This document shows, piece by piece, positions 21,701 to 31,882 of a stretch of 64,000 nt of DNA. The stretch is from NCBI GenBank assembly GCA_937625935.1, contig OW569375.1:62001-126000 (forward strand). The letters are read 5' to 3'. This stretch comes from Tetramitus jugosus. Its lineage: Eukaryota > Protista > Heterolobosea. The position numbers and the translations under genes were made by a program. Below the pieces are notes generated by a model, which saw nothing but the letters and a program-made list of their open reading frames with translations, had not been told where the DNA came from and did no database searches. Numbering within the stretch: the first letter of the stretch is position 1; each line of letters begins with the position of its first letter.

Positions 21701-22349
21701 TTTAGTGTTCTCAATCTTAATTAGTGGAAAAAATTTAAACACAGGCGAGGAAAGTTTAGGTAAACTGACCTTGGTGGACCTTGCCGGTTCTGAGAGTAGA
21801 AAGAAAACACAAACGGATGAAATGGGAAATAAGGAAGCACTATCGATCAATGGAAGTCTGTTATGCTTGGGTGATGTTATCTCGGCTCTAAGTGAGAAAA
21901 AGAAATATGTACCATACAGAAACAGTCCTCTGACAATGCTCTTAAGTGACTCGTTGGGTGGTGTTGCTAAAACTCTCATGTTTGTTTGTGTTTCTCCCGC
22001 CGACTACAATGTTGATGAGACTGTAACTTCTCTCACATATGCTGCAAGAGTAAGAACAATTCAGAATAGCATCAAAGCTCAGGTTGATACAGTGGAAATT
22101 GCTCGTTTGAAAAGGATTATTGAAAAACTTAAGTCAGCCCAGAAATCTGGTCAGACGGCAGATGTCACAGAGGATGAATTTGCAGAGATTAGTGACTCAC
22201 CTCTCGAAGAATCCACTCAAACCACCGAAGTTGTAGGAACAGAAGAATCGCCAGAGCCTGCACCAGACGATGTACTCACACCCAATCCCAATAGCAAGGA
22301 GAAATCGAAATCAGCTCCGAGACCAAACAAGGCGAAAAAAAAGAAATAA
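18701..22349 (+). CDS. Kinesin-14 (long coiled coil, C-terminal motor); intron 19202-19259
   Basis: KGKIRVYAR neck/motor start, FAYGQTGSGKT, NEASSRSH, LVDLAGSE, VPYRNS; intron GTAAGT...GACTAAC...AAG fuses the two ORFs in frame. Confidence 0.93.
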
Positions 22350-22360
22350 ACCACAGATCA

Positions 22361-22762
22361 ATGTTTGCCAACAGGCGTTTCGTTCAGGCCGGTTGTACCA
22401 TTAGAGGTCAATGTGTTCGATTCATGTCAACTCAGAAGCATCATCTCTCACCGAAGATTGAGCACGTTGTGTTCTTCAAGTGCAAACCAGATATCTCAGA
22501 GAAGGAAGAGGAGGAACTCAGACACATGGTGTTGTCCTTCAAGAACTCAATTGAAGGAATTCTGGAAATCAACTTTGGTCGTAACTTTAACCATGCAAGA
22601 AACCAAGGATACACACACGCACTTAGAGCCTTATTTGATTCACATTCTAGGTTGCCTGTTTATGCCAACCATCCAGAACATTTGAAATTCGTACAACGAA
22701 TGACAAATTTTAAAGTTGAGGGGACGCACTCTCTGTGTCTCGATTGGGAGGTTAAGAATTGA
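22361..22762 (+). CDS. Stress-responsive A/B barrel (Dabb) protein with probable mitochondrial presequence
   Basis: IEHVVFFK, IEGILEINFG.N, GYTH, YANHPEH motifs; Arg-rich N-terminus lacking acidic residues. Confidence 0.88.
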   Translation: MFANRRFVQAGCTIRGQCVRFMSTQKHHLSPKIEHVVFFKCKPDISEKEEEELRHMVLSFKNSIEGILEINFGRNFNHARNQGYTHALRALFDSHSRLPVYANHPEHLKFVQRMTNFKVEGTHSLCLDWEVKN

Positions 22763-22839
22763 AAGTTAACAGTAATTGTGGTAGTTGATAAATCAATGAA
22801 TCGTATGGTGCTTCACCAGGGTTGTATTATCTAATGACT

Positions 22840-25800
22840 TTAGACACAATATTGTTGTAGAGTCTTAAGGAGTTTTTCTGCACTGATGGGTTTGGTGATG
22901 ACATCGTCGAAGGAGTGAGATAAAAAATTCGAAATGCTCTGAATATCTACATTGGCAGTACAAGCTACAATGGGTGTGTGAGCCTTTTCGCCTGCGAGCT
23001 TCCGTATCTCCTTTGTGCATTCAATTCCATCCATCGTGTCCATCATCAAGTCCATGAAAATAATTGAGTATGGCTCCTTCTTCTGCTTGACTTTGTTCAA
23101 ACCTTCCAAACCATTGACTGCCGCATCCACTTTCCTCACTCCAAGATTGTGCAACATGTTGCAAAGAATCTTCCTGTTGATCATATTATCTTCCACACAG
23201 AGTACCTCCACATCAAAGTTAAATGATTTTGAATTCTTTCGACATGGTTGATTGTCAGTTGTGCTATTGAGAGATAAACACTTCACATCCAAGTCTCTAT
23301 TCAATGAATTCAATTCAGAGTGTTCAGAATTTGTCAGAGCACACATCAGTCGATTCAATCGAATTGGTAGAGACAATGTAACCGCTCTGGGAGAAGTAAG
23401 GGCAATATCTTGTTCATCTGTCGATATTGAACAATTTTGTGATATCCGTGTCTGTTGAAACAACAGAAGTTTCACTCTGGAATACTTGGACAACAAATGA
23501 TCCAATTCATCAAAGTGATAACTATTTACAATTACTGCAATGTTTTCGCTTGGGTGATCTCTTGCATAACATTCAATAATAGTACGTGTTTCATCGAGTT
23601 TTTCATTCTCTCCAAAGAAAATGGCTCGAGTTACTCCCAGTTTCTTCAAATAATCCTCAATATGGGGCTTGGATAAATGCTCGCTATCAATAACAAACGT
23701 CGTGGAATAGTCTGATTGGATCAATTCTTCTTCAAGTCGTGTCACTCGAGCACTTGTTAGCTCAGAAACCTTTGGTAACTTGGCTGTGAAATAGAATTCG
23801 CTACCAAGTCCATAATCACTTTTTAATCCAACTTGTCCTTTCATCAAATCTGCCAATTTCACACATATAGCGCATCCCAATCCCCAACCAGCATACTTTT
23901 GTGGTTGTGTTTGTTCCTTGATTTGATAGAATGGCTCGAATACTTTGTCTTTGTCTTCATCCTTGATCCCAAAACCAGTATCTTTGCATGTGAACTTTAT
24001 CTCTGCTTCTGTTTCTGTTTCACTCACTAATTCAGCTGTCAAACAAATGTATCCTCTGTTTGTGAACTTGATAGAATTTCCCAAGAAGTTGAGCAATATT
24101 TGACTGATTCTGAAACGGTCACAACGAACTCGATATGGTATTCGACAGTCAACATGAGTGAAAAGAGACAATCCTTTTCCATATGCTTGAGATTGTATCA
24201 TATTGGCAGTCGTTTCAACAATATCCAACACACTGGCACTTTCCTCGATAATCTGCAATTTTCCAGCTTCAACCTTGGAAATATCGAGCACATCTGATAT
24301 AATAGCCAACAATAACTTTAAATTCTCATTGGCATCATTCAAGTAATCAAGTTGAGTCTTGTTCAAACCCTTTGTACTTGCAAGCAAATGCAAGCTTCCC
24401 ATGACAATGTTCAATGGATTTCTAATCTCATGACTCATTTCGCAAATGAATGCAGTTTTGGACTTTGATGCAATTCTCATTTCATTCACCTCTCGCTCTT
24501 GTTCAAGCACCCTTTTCTTTTGTGTGATATCAGAGGTAATAACAATGGCACATTCAGCAGACGAGGAATCACTGACAATGGGAACGACTCTGCTTGAAAA
24601 GTGCTTTTGTTCTCCCTGCACAACATTACCCCACTCCCATGAAAAATGCTCCTTGTTCTTGAATAAGTTGCCCAATTTGATACTTATTTCGTCCATTTGA
24701 TTCTGGCCCAATATGTCGAATAACGACCGACCCGCAATGTTTTCTCTGTCAAAGTTCATGAAGTCTCGATTCACGAACAGAATGGATTTCTTGTCATTAA
24801 TCTTCAAAATTACATCATCGATCGACTCTATTAATGTTCGATAATTCTTTTCTGAAACAGTTAGCGCTTCCTGTACAACAATTAATTCGGTAGTATCGAG
24901 AGACATTGCTGTAACTCCAACAACCTCTCCCGTAGAATCTCTGATGGGCTCGAGAGATGTATGATAGGCTGCAAATTCAACATCGGAATTGGGGATCGGT
25001 ATCCGAGAGTTGTAACTCATTTCCTCGCCACTGAGAGCCCTTTGGAACCGAGCTATCTTGTCCTTGAGCACAGATTCATCCTTCAGGTACAAAACGTGCT
25101 CGGTGAAATCCTTCATATTCATTCCCACAAAAGAGCCTACTCGACCGTATTTTCTCAACCCCAGACCCTTCATGTACCTAATGGTCAGATTTTTGTCATA
25201 AACACAGACAATTCCAGGTAGGTTATTCAAGATTGTATCCAACAGAACATTCTTGTCTTGCGTGTTTCTTCTCCACTGGGCGACTCCTTCTTGAAAAATT
25301 TGGATTTGAAAGTTCCTCCAGGAGTACAACATGAACAATGGAAGGAAATGAATAAATCCACTTGGTTTCTCATAAAAGCTCATTGATTCCTCAATCGCCA
25401 ACAAACAACCTTGATTCCAATGTAAAGTATGTATCATGTACTTCACCAACGGTTCTGTCCCCAGCACCAAAAAACAGCAGTATGTCGTCAAGCAAGTCAG
25501 CCAGGTAAAGCTTTTTGGGCCTGTGCATATTTCACTGAAGAAAGGATAGATGAGAACGAAAATAGTTTCCACCTCTAATCCCAGGAGGAAGCAAGATGTG
25601 AGATGAATTACTCCACATGCCGAGACAATGAACCTCAGAAATTGAATAATTTTTCGATCAACTTTAGAACAGGTCAAGGACTTTTCTGCTACACTATCTC
25701 TATGGTCACTGCACTGACAACAGGTATCATCAAACTCCTTGGTTAAATAGTACAGGTAAATACAAAGAAGCAGAATTTGAAAGGCCATATGAATCCCCAA

Positions 25801-25971
25801 GAGATTCAATAATTGAATCGTTCCGTTCTTGTCCCTTCCCTTGTTTCTTTGACTCATGAACGCCTGACATGTCATTCCACACATGAACACGGCATGAGTG
25901 ACACTCTTGCATGCAGTCTGTGATGATCTAAACAATCCCGTGAGCTTTGGCCTCGATGGGGAATTCCACAT
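22840..25971 (-). CDS. Hybrid histidine kinase (TM sensor-PAS-PAS-HisKA-HATPase-degenerate REC-REC)
   Basis: 1043-aa ORF; several N-terminal TM helices, two PAS-like segments, same H/N/G boxes and receiver as the 1-2181 gene. Confidence 0.95.
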   Translation of the reverse strand: MWNSPSRPKLTGLFRSSQTACKSVTHAVFMCGMTCQAFMSQRNKGRDKNGTIQLLNLLGIHMAFQILLLCIYLYYLTKEFDDTCCQCSDHRDSVAEKSLTCSKVDRKIIQFLRFIVSACGVIHLTSCFLLGLEVETIFVLIYPFFSEICTGPKSFTWLTCLTTYCCFLVLGTEPLVKYMIHTLHWNQGCLLAIEESMSFYEKPSGFIHFLPLFMLYSWRNFQIQIFQEGVAQWRRNTQDKNVLLDTILNNLPGIVCVYDKNLTIRYMKGLGLRKYGRVGSFVGMNMKDFTEHVLYLKDESVLKDKIARFQRALSGEEMSYNSRIPIPNSDVEFAAYHTSLEPIRDSTGEVVGVTAMSLDTTELIVVQEALTVSEKNYRTLIESIDDVILKINDKKSILFVNRDFMNFDRENIAGRSLFDILGQNQMDEISIKLGNLFKNKEHFSWEWGNVVQGEQKHFSSRVVPIVSDSSSAECAIVITSDITQKKRVLEQEREVNEMRIASKSKTAFICEMSHEIRNPLNIVMGSLHLLASTKGLNKTQLDYLNDANENLKLLLAIISDVLDISKVEAGKLQIIEESASVLDIVETTANMIQSQAYGKGLSLFTHVDCRIPYRVRCDRFRISQILLNFLGNSIKFTNRGYICLTAELVSETETEAEIKFTCKDTGFGIKDEDKDKVFEPFYQIKEQTQPQKYAGWGLGCAICVKLADLMKGQVGLKSDYGLGSEFYFTAKLPKVSELTSARVTRLEEELIQSDYSTTFVIDSEHLSKPHIEDYLKKLGVTRAIFFGENEKLDETRTIIECYARDHPSENIAVIVNSYHFDELDHLLSKYSRVKLLLFQQTRISQNCSISTDEQDIALTSPRAVTLSLPIRLNRLMCALTNSEHSELNSLNRDLDVKCLSLNSTTDNQPCRKNSKSFNFDVEVLCVEDNMINRKILCNMLHNLGVRKVDAAVNGLEGLNKVKQKKEPYSIIFMDLMMDTMDGIECTKEIRKLAGEKAHTPIVACTANVDIQSISNFLSHSFDDVITKPISAEKLLKTLQQYCV
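23003..24585 (-). repeat. Right arm of dispersed inverted repeat within the second histidine kinase
   Basis: E.g. 23281-23337 is the exact reverse complement of 1684-1740. Confidence 0.9.
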
Positions 25972-26482
25972 TGTTGTTGATTGAAGGGAAGTGTGGTTTC
26001 GGGTGGTTATGTTTGTTGGAGTGGTGGCTTTTCAAAAGACAAGTCTCTTCTTCTTGTCTCGGACCACTTTGTGCCTAATCCGATCTTCGCGGTAAGGTGA
26101 TACCTATGGAGGAAAATCATATTTGTTAATTTTCTCTTTTCGATCTGGGCTTCGCACCAAATCTCGGTCCGAGGAATGAGCGAGAATCAGGTGACATTCT
26201 CCGTTGTATTTAAAACCGATACCTCGGGTAATCTCCATTTTCAGCAATCATATCGACGATTCAACTCGGCTGGATTTTACACACGAAAACTCTGATCTGC
26301 TCGTCATTTCAACATACATTGGGATTTTGTCCTGTTACTGCAGAATCATCGTGTGGGAAGGAGATCAAGAGAATCAACAGATGATGTTGGTGAAAATAGG
26401 AGGATCAATGCCCAAGTTCTCGCTGATCGAAACGAGCGACGTTCCATTGTATTTGCAGTCCAACAACGGACAAAAAGGGCTA

Positions 26483-28051
26483 CTAGACATCAGTAGGAAT
26501 AATACCCACTCTCTTGAACATGTTCTCTTCAGTAAAGCGGTACCATACTCCTAGTCCAGCAATCTTGTTGATCAATGCAGAGGAATCGTAGTTTTCATTC
26601 AGTGTCACCGTAATATCCTCTGCTGAGGTACTAACAGTTATTGCACCATTCGACAGCTCCATGTTCAAGTCACTTGCTGGATCATTCTCCATCTTGGTTT
26701 CAGTGATATTCTGCCAATAATTGGTGAGTTTATATCTGCCAGCACTGATGATGACAGTATAGCTCTTGTGTGCTAGTTTTTTTGCCATCTTCCCTCCCAG
26801 AACTAATCCTCCCTGCTTGTTCCATCGTTTGGGATAAAGTGATACCACTTTCTCAACTCCATCATAATTGAAACGAATGCAGAAAGAAATAGAGACTAAT
26901 CGTCTGTGGTTGGCTATGTTCAATAAATCACGATCTTGAGAGTTATAGTCTCCTCTTGGAGGATCTAGTTCTCTTTCATCTTCAAAATCTTTCCACTCGA
27001 TACTTGGATTCGCCAAAACCAAAGATTCCACGTCTGTATACTTGGAAGTATGAGTGGTATCGCGAAGTGCAATAAAGTAGTCAATTCCTACGAGGAGTTC
27101 TTCAAGGTACAGTAATGCTGATGCAATTTCAGTGGTGTACTTGATTCCATTCGTGAACTCAGTCCAGTCAAGCCCTTCATACCAGTCATTATCTTGCCTG
27201 TGTCGTTTAATCCACCAGTAAGTGTATTCAGCATCCTGATTCTGATCAATCAAGAAATCGACATGATCCTTTAGAGGTACAGAAAAAGGATAAAGAGTTC
27301 CGAGATCGATATCATTACCAAGTATGTCATGGAAGTAACTTGACTGAAGAGGCTTGCAACACTTCTGTAAGGACTGAATGTTGATTACATATGAACGGGT
27401 AGTATTATCTTTGTCTACATCCTCCTCATCTTCGTCTTCATCATGCTCGTCTAAAGAAATGAGCTTAATATCAAGTTTTGGTTCTGTGAGAGACTCGTAT
27501 GGTTTAGCATCTGGATCTACCGTCCAACGGAGTGCAAACCCATTTGTTTGCCGGTAGAATGCTCTCAAGGTGTCCGGAATTTTAGTGATGTCACTATCCT
27601 CACCTGATTGCAATTTCTCCATCTCTTCAAATGCAGAGTCTTCCGTGATGCCGTCAGACAGATTGAAGTGAGTAACCGTGACACCAGGAGTACTTGCTAG
27701 AGCTTCTACACGTTTCTTCAATCGATGCAGATAGGTTTCCATCAACCACATGTCTCTTGCCCTGTTCTTGAAGCAATTCTTCCAATTCACCACATCAGCC
27801 AGAGTCGATTGATCAATAGCTATGACAGTATCATTTAAAGCATGCTCCTTCTTCAAATATCTGTCCTTCCACATGCTTTGATCAGAAAAACTGTGGTACC
27901 AATCTTGAGATACGAGAGCACAGGAATCAAACAATTCACGTGCAGGCAAGAAATGAAATAGAGTGACAAGAATGTCATGTGGAAAATCAATCGAGTGCTT
28001 TACATGTTTTCTTGCATTCAGAGAATTGTCTTCCTCTCGTCCTCGCTTCAT
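26483..28051 (-). CDS. F-box protein with SMI1/KNR4-like domain
   Basis: F-box FPHDILVTLFHFL...CALVSQDW; IPDTLRAFYRQTNGFALRW resembles the SMI1/KNR4 (SUKH) core. Confidence 0.8.
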   Translation of the reverse strand: MKRGREEDNSLNARKHVKHSIDFPHDILVTLFHFLPARELFDSCALVSQDWYHSFSDQSMWKDRYLKKEHALNDTVIAIDQSTLADVVNWKNCFKNRARDMWLMETYLHRLKKRVEALASTPGVTVTHFNLSDGITEDSAFEEMEKLQSGEDSDITKIPDTLRAFYRQTNGFALRWTVDPDAKPYESLTEPKLDIKLISLDEHDEDEDEEDVDKDNTTRSYVINIQSLQKCCKPLQSSYFHDILGNDIDLGTLYPFSVPLKDHVDFLIDQNQDAEYTYWWIKRHRQDNDWYEGLDWTEFTNGIKYTTEIASALLYLEELLVGIDYFIALRDTTHTSKYTDVESLVLANPSIEWKDFEDERELDPPRGDYNSQDRDLLNIANHRRLVSISFCIRFNYDGVEKVVSLYPKRWNKQGGLVLGGKMAKKLAHKSYTVIISAGRYKLTNYWQNITETKMENDPASDLNMELSNGAITVSTSAEDITVTLNENYDSSALINKIAGLGVWYRFTEENMFKRVGIIPTDV

Positions 28052-28129
28052 GAAGATCTTCTTTCTTGTTTCTTGGTGTGCTCAACGAGCGGATAATTGA
28101 AAGTTCAGAGAAAAAATTTAAAAAAACGA

Positions 28130-30902
28130 ATGCAAGCGAGTCAACAACAACAAACACCCATTGTCATTCCACCCTTGGCTCGTCGAACTTCGAAGCACTT
28201 TTCATGTTCCACTGGTCAATTTTTCAATGCTTTAGGCTCACTTCAATTCAAAAAGTGCCTTCGTATCTTACAAAAGCACCAATTGAAAGCCAAACGCACC
28301 AATCGATTGGCTCACTATGAAGAAGTTTTGAATTGTCTTCGAAGGTTCATCACGTGCGAGAATTTGTACTATTCTGCCAACTTTTCAAGTAACGAGCGTG
28401 ATGTATGATGTTTCAACAAGTCAACTCATTTTTTTTGGTCATTGGACTCTGTTTCTGTTATATACTAACACAGGTTGATTGACTGATGATTGATTTTGTT
28501 TGTGGTGTTGTTGTTGTTGATGATGATGATATGTGTAGTTGCATGGTCTCTATTCGATGCTATCGAGTAATTTGTCCATTTTGGCTGCCAATGCACCCAA
28601 TGAGCTACCACCACCCATGACGGCCCATAACAATATGATGACGATGACTCGCGACAGTGTAACGAACCCGACAAGGAAAAAATCAATGAGTAGCAGCAGA
28701 AAAAAATCAAGACGATCATCTCATGTGCACAATAGCAGCAATACGAGCTTGAATAGCATGTATGAGAGTAATGATGATGAAGAGAACAATAGTAATCATC
28801 ATCACGAGGGAGATGTTGGTGGCGCTGATGGAGGAACAAGAGCTTATTATGACGAGTATGATGATGATGGTGATATGGGTAGTATGGATGATTTATCGAG
28901 TCGCTCTCGATCGAGGAACAGATTGAATCCTGCGAATTATGGTGCTGGATTGGGAGGATCATCCGAAAACTACAATTCACCTTCAATGATTGGAATGTAC
29001 GAGTCATCATTTTCGGCGAACAATAACAGAATGAGGGGAAGTGTGATGAACGATCATCAATATCATCATGGAAATAATAGTGTATCCAGTCAATACTATC
29101 AATACCAAGACAATTATGGTGTCAATATGTCTCCTTCTAATTTTGTCGACTATTATGCAAAGTATAGACATACGCCAACGAACGTTCCAAATGATCCTAC
29201 TAACAGTTCACAGGCAAGCTTTGATGATGATTTAATATTGAGCAAACCTCTTTTGCAGGATTCGAGAATCTTAATCCAACTACGACTAGAGATGATTGCG
29301 TTCTATCGTATGCTCGCAAGAACGAAAACGCCGCACAAGTATGACAATCACTGTAATGTATTGAAGGGATTGAATAGATATGTCGACCGAATTCAACACG
29401 ACTTTTTAGCCAAACATAAACAGAATGCGAGATTCGAGCTAGACACTCTCTTCTCTATTATCCAATGCGATAGTTACATGAGCCGATATAGATACAAGGA
29501 AGGAGCTTTCACATTTTGGCAAGCGAAACACTTGCTACTATCGTGGGAGAGTATGCATATGGGACCTGTGCCAGGTCCTTCTATATTTTTGAACACGCAA
29601 CGAGAAGCATCTACTCCCTCCACAGAATCATCGACGACTCCACGGGAGACACAATCTACTCCAGACACAAAATCTAATCTCCAAAATCGGACAGATTCGC
29701 CCGATATCAAAACCAATGAAAGCACATTGTCTCCCATTCTGCCAATGGATAGCTTTACGTTGAATTTGGAGGAAGAACATGCTCCTCCAGCCATCAATGT
29801 AGATCGGTCAGGTGTAAAAATTGACATCAATCAAGTCAATGAAGATCATTTCTCGGTGAGTCGATCAGATCTCGAAGACCACTCAAAAGATGCATATAGA
29901 AAAGACGCAAGGAATCCACAATCCAAAGGATTGTTTCGCTCGGTATTTGGGCTGTTTAGATCAGAACAAGAGCAACCACAGACTGGAGCATCATCAAAGG
30001 ATACTTCTCCCTCAAGAAAACAACAAACACCATCACCTAAAAAGCCCATTGATATCCGATCCAAACCATCTCAATCACTACAGAGGTCCTTTCAAGAACA
30101 AGTAATCATGCCACCCCAAAGTCCATCATTGAAGAGCCCTACAAAAGAAAAAATGAAGAGAATACTAAGCAAGGGTGAGTCCCTAGTGGGTGCCTCTGTA
30201 TCAACAGATACTGAAAGTGCTTTGATGGATGATCCTGTGTCTCCTGATACAGCCTCTTCGACCCCATTCGAGAATCAACTCACACGAACGAATTTGTATC
30301 GGTGGTTCTTAATGCTCTTCTCCTTTTCGGTCAGTAAGTTTACATTCTACTTTAGGGAGATCCTTGAGAATAGCTTTGTTGGAAATGATAACTTTTTCCA
30401 ACTGTGTTCGAATGGTATCGTTAACTATATGGCTTGGGTGCAATCATTTTACGACATGGCCGCTCCACATGCTATCTGTCTCATTTATGATACTCAAGGC
30501 GAACCTATGGAACTTAACATACCTGGAGGATATTCTCTACGCAAGAAAATTACGGAAGACGAGCCACTATCTGGAATTCGGTCCTATCCTTGTGTATTTT
30601 CTTTTCCTGCTTCTGTTAACAAGTCAATTCTGATGCAATTACATTGGCCAAACTTACTCAGTTTAATCATGGACAGCTCCAACGAACTGGATGGCCAATT
30701 AGGTGCGTTATGTTTTACAGATAATCGGATGAACACGAGTTACTACATTTGCAGAGTTGATCTGAAAATGTATTTGTGCACGATATTTGACCCTGCACCA
30801 AAAGGCAAGCCCAAAATTGAGAAGATTGCAAATGAGTTTATGTTCCACATGAACATGTTTTTGCGAAACCAAAAGTTGTTTGGCTATTGTGAATCACAAT
30901 AA
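28130..30902 (+). CDS. KICS2: KICSTOR subunit 2 (C12orf66) homologue; intron 28403-28538
   Basis: N-terminal FFNALG.LQF.K...ENLYYS, SKFTFYFRE, YPCVFSFP...HWPNL.SLI, D.RM.TSYY motifs recalled from C12orf66; GT-AG intron preserves frame. Confidence 0.75.
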
Positions 30903-30951
30903 AAGACGGCAAATAATAGTTGTTAGAAAGATCTTATATTTACAGACAGAA

Positions 30952-31680
30952 TTACATTCCAGGACCTGGAGGTGGAGGAGGTATGAAACCTCCATAATAA
31001 CTAGGTATACGATTCTGTTGCGACATTACATATTGAGGTTGTTGAGGTACAATCACGGTAATAATGGGTTGAACCATTGGATTGTTCGCAGCCAACAAAC
31101 GTTCTGCCTCTGATCCATGAAACTCCTTCGAGTTACCCTTTCTGGCATACCGCACTGAAATTTGACCACCAGACAAATATTGACCATTCATTGCTTGAAT
31201 CGCTGCATCAGAGCTCTCGAATCGATCGTAACTCACGAAACCATAGCCCTTACTCTCACCTGTCACTGAATCTCTCTGCACTCTTGGTGGTGTGACAAAA
31301 TTACCGAATCCACTGAACGCATGATACAATGTTCTATCATCGACCTCTGGCTCCAAATTTCCAATAAACAAATTGGCACCCACATCAAACACCTTCTTAT
31401 CTTGACTCGATTTGTTCACTTTGACTGCTTTGCCATACAATTTGATTCCACTCATTACATTCATCGCATAATCTGCATCCACTTCCGATTTCATCTCAAT
31501 GAATCCATAACCCGAGTGTGCTCCAGTGATACGATCCTTGGGAATATAAACGTTTTGAACAGGAACAATCTGTGAAAACAACTCCCACAGGATATCTTCG
31601 TCTACTTGTTGATCCAAATTACCGACATAACAAGTGGCATCTTGGTTTCTCTCTTGTGGTGGACCGAATGCAGTGGCCAT
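30952..31680 (-). CDS. SF3B4: Splicing factor 3B subunit 4 (SAP49/Hsh49)
   Basis: ERNQDATCYVGNLD, two RRMs, DVGANLFIGNL, HGSEAERLLAA. Confidence 0.96.
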   Translation of the reverse strand: MATAFGPPQERNQDATCYVGNLDQQVDEDILWELFSQIVPVQNVYIPKDRITGAHSGYGFIEMKSEVDADYAMNVMSGIKLYGKAVKVNKSSQDKKVFDVGANLFIGNLEPEVDDRTLYHAFSGFGNFVTPPRVQRDSVTGESKGYGFVSYDRFESSDAAIQAMNGQYLSGGQISVRYARKGNSKEFHGSEAERLLAANNPMVQPIITVIVPQQPQYVMSQQNRIPSYYGGFIPPPPPGPGM

Positions 31681-31882
31681 AGTACTACTTACTGTGCAAT
31701 CTCTCAAGCGATCAGATTTGTGAACAGAATTTGTTTCTTTGTTTTTGGTTCGACGAAGAAATGCATCCATGCATTCAGTCATTGAAACTGCTGTGGGTTT
31801 CTCCTCCAAAGGGCGCGAAAATGTTTTTTTCACATGCAGCACAACATCAATTATCGATAATTTTTATTGAAACAACAACACA

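Noticed and set aside
339-24700. Identical antisense ORFs in both kinase genes and other short overlapping ORFs
   Set aside because: Shadow ORFs of real genes, duplicated only because the sense DNA is near-identical.
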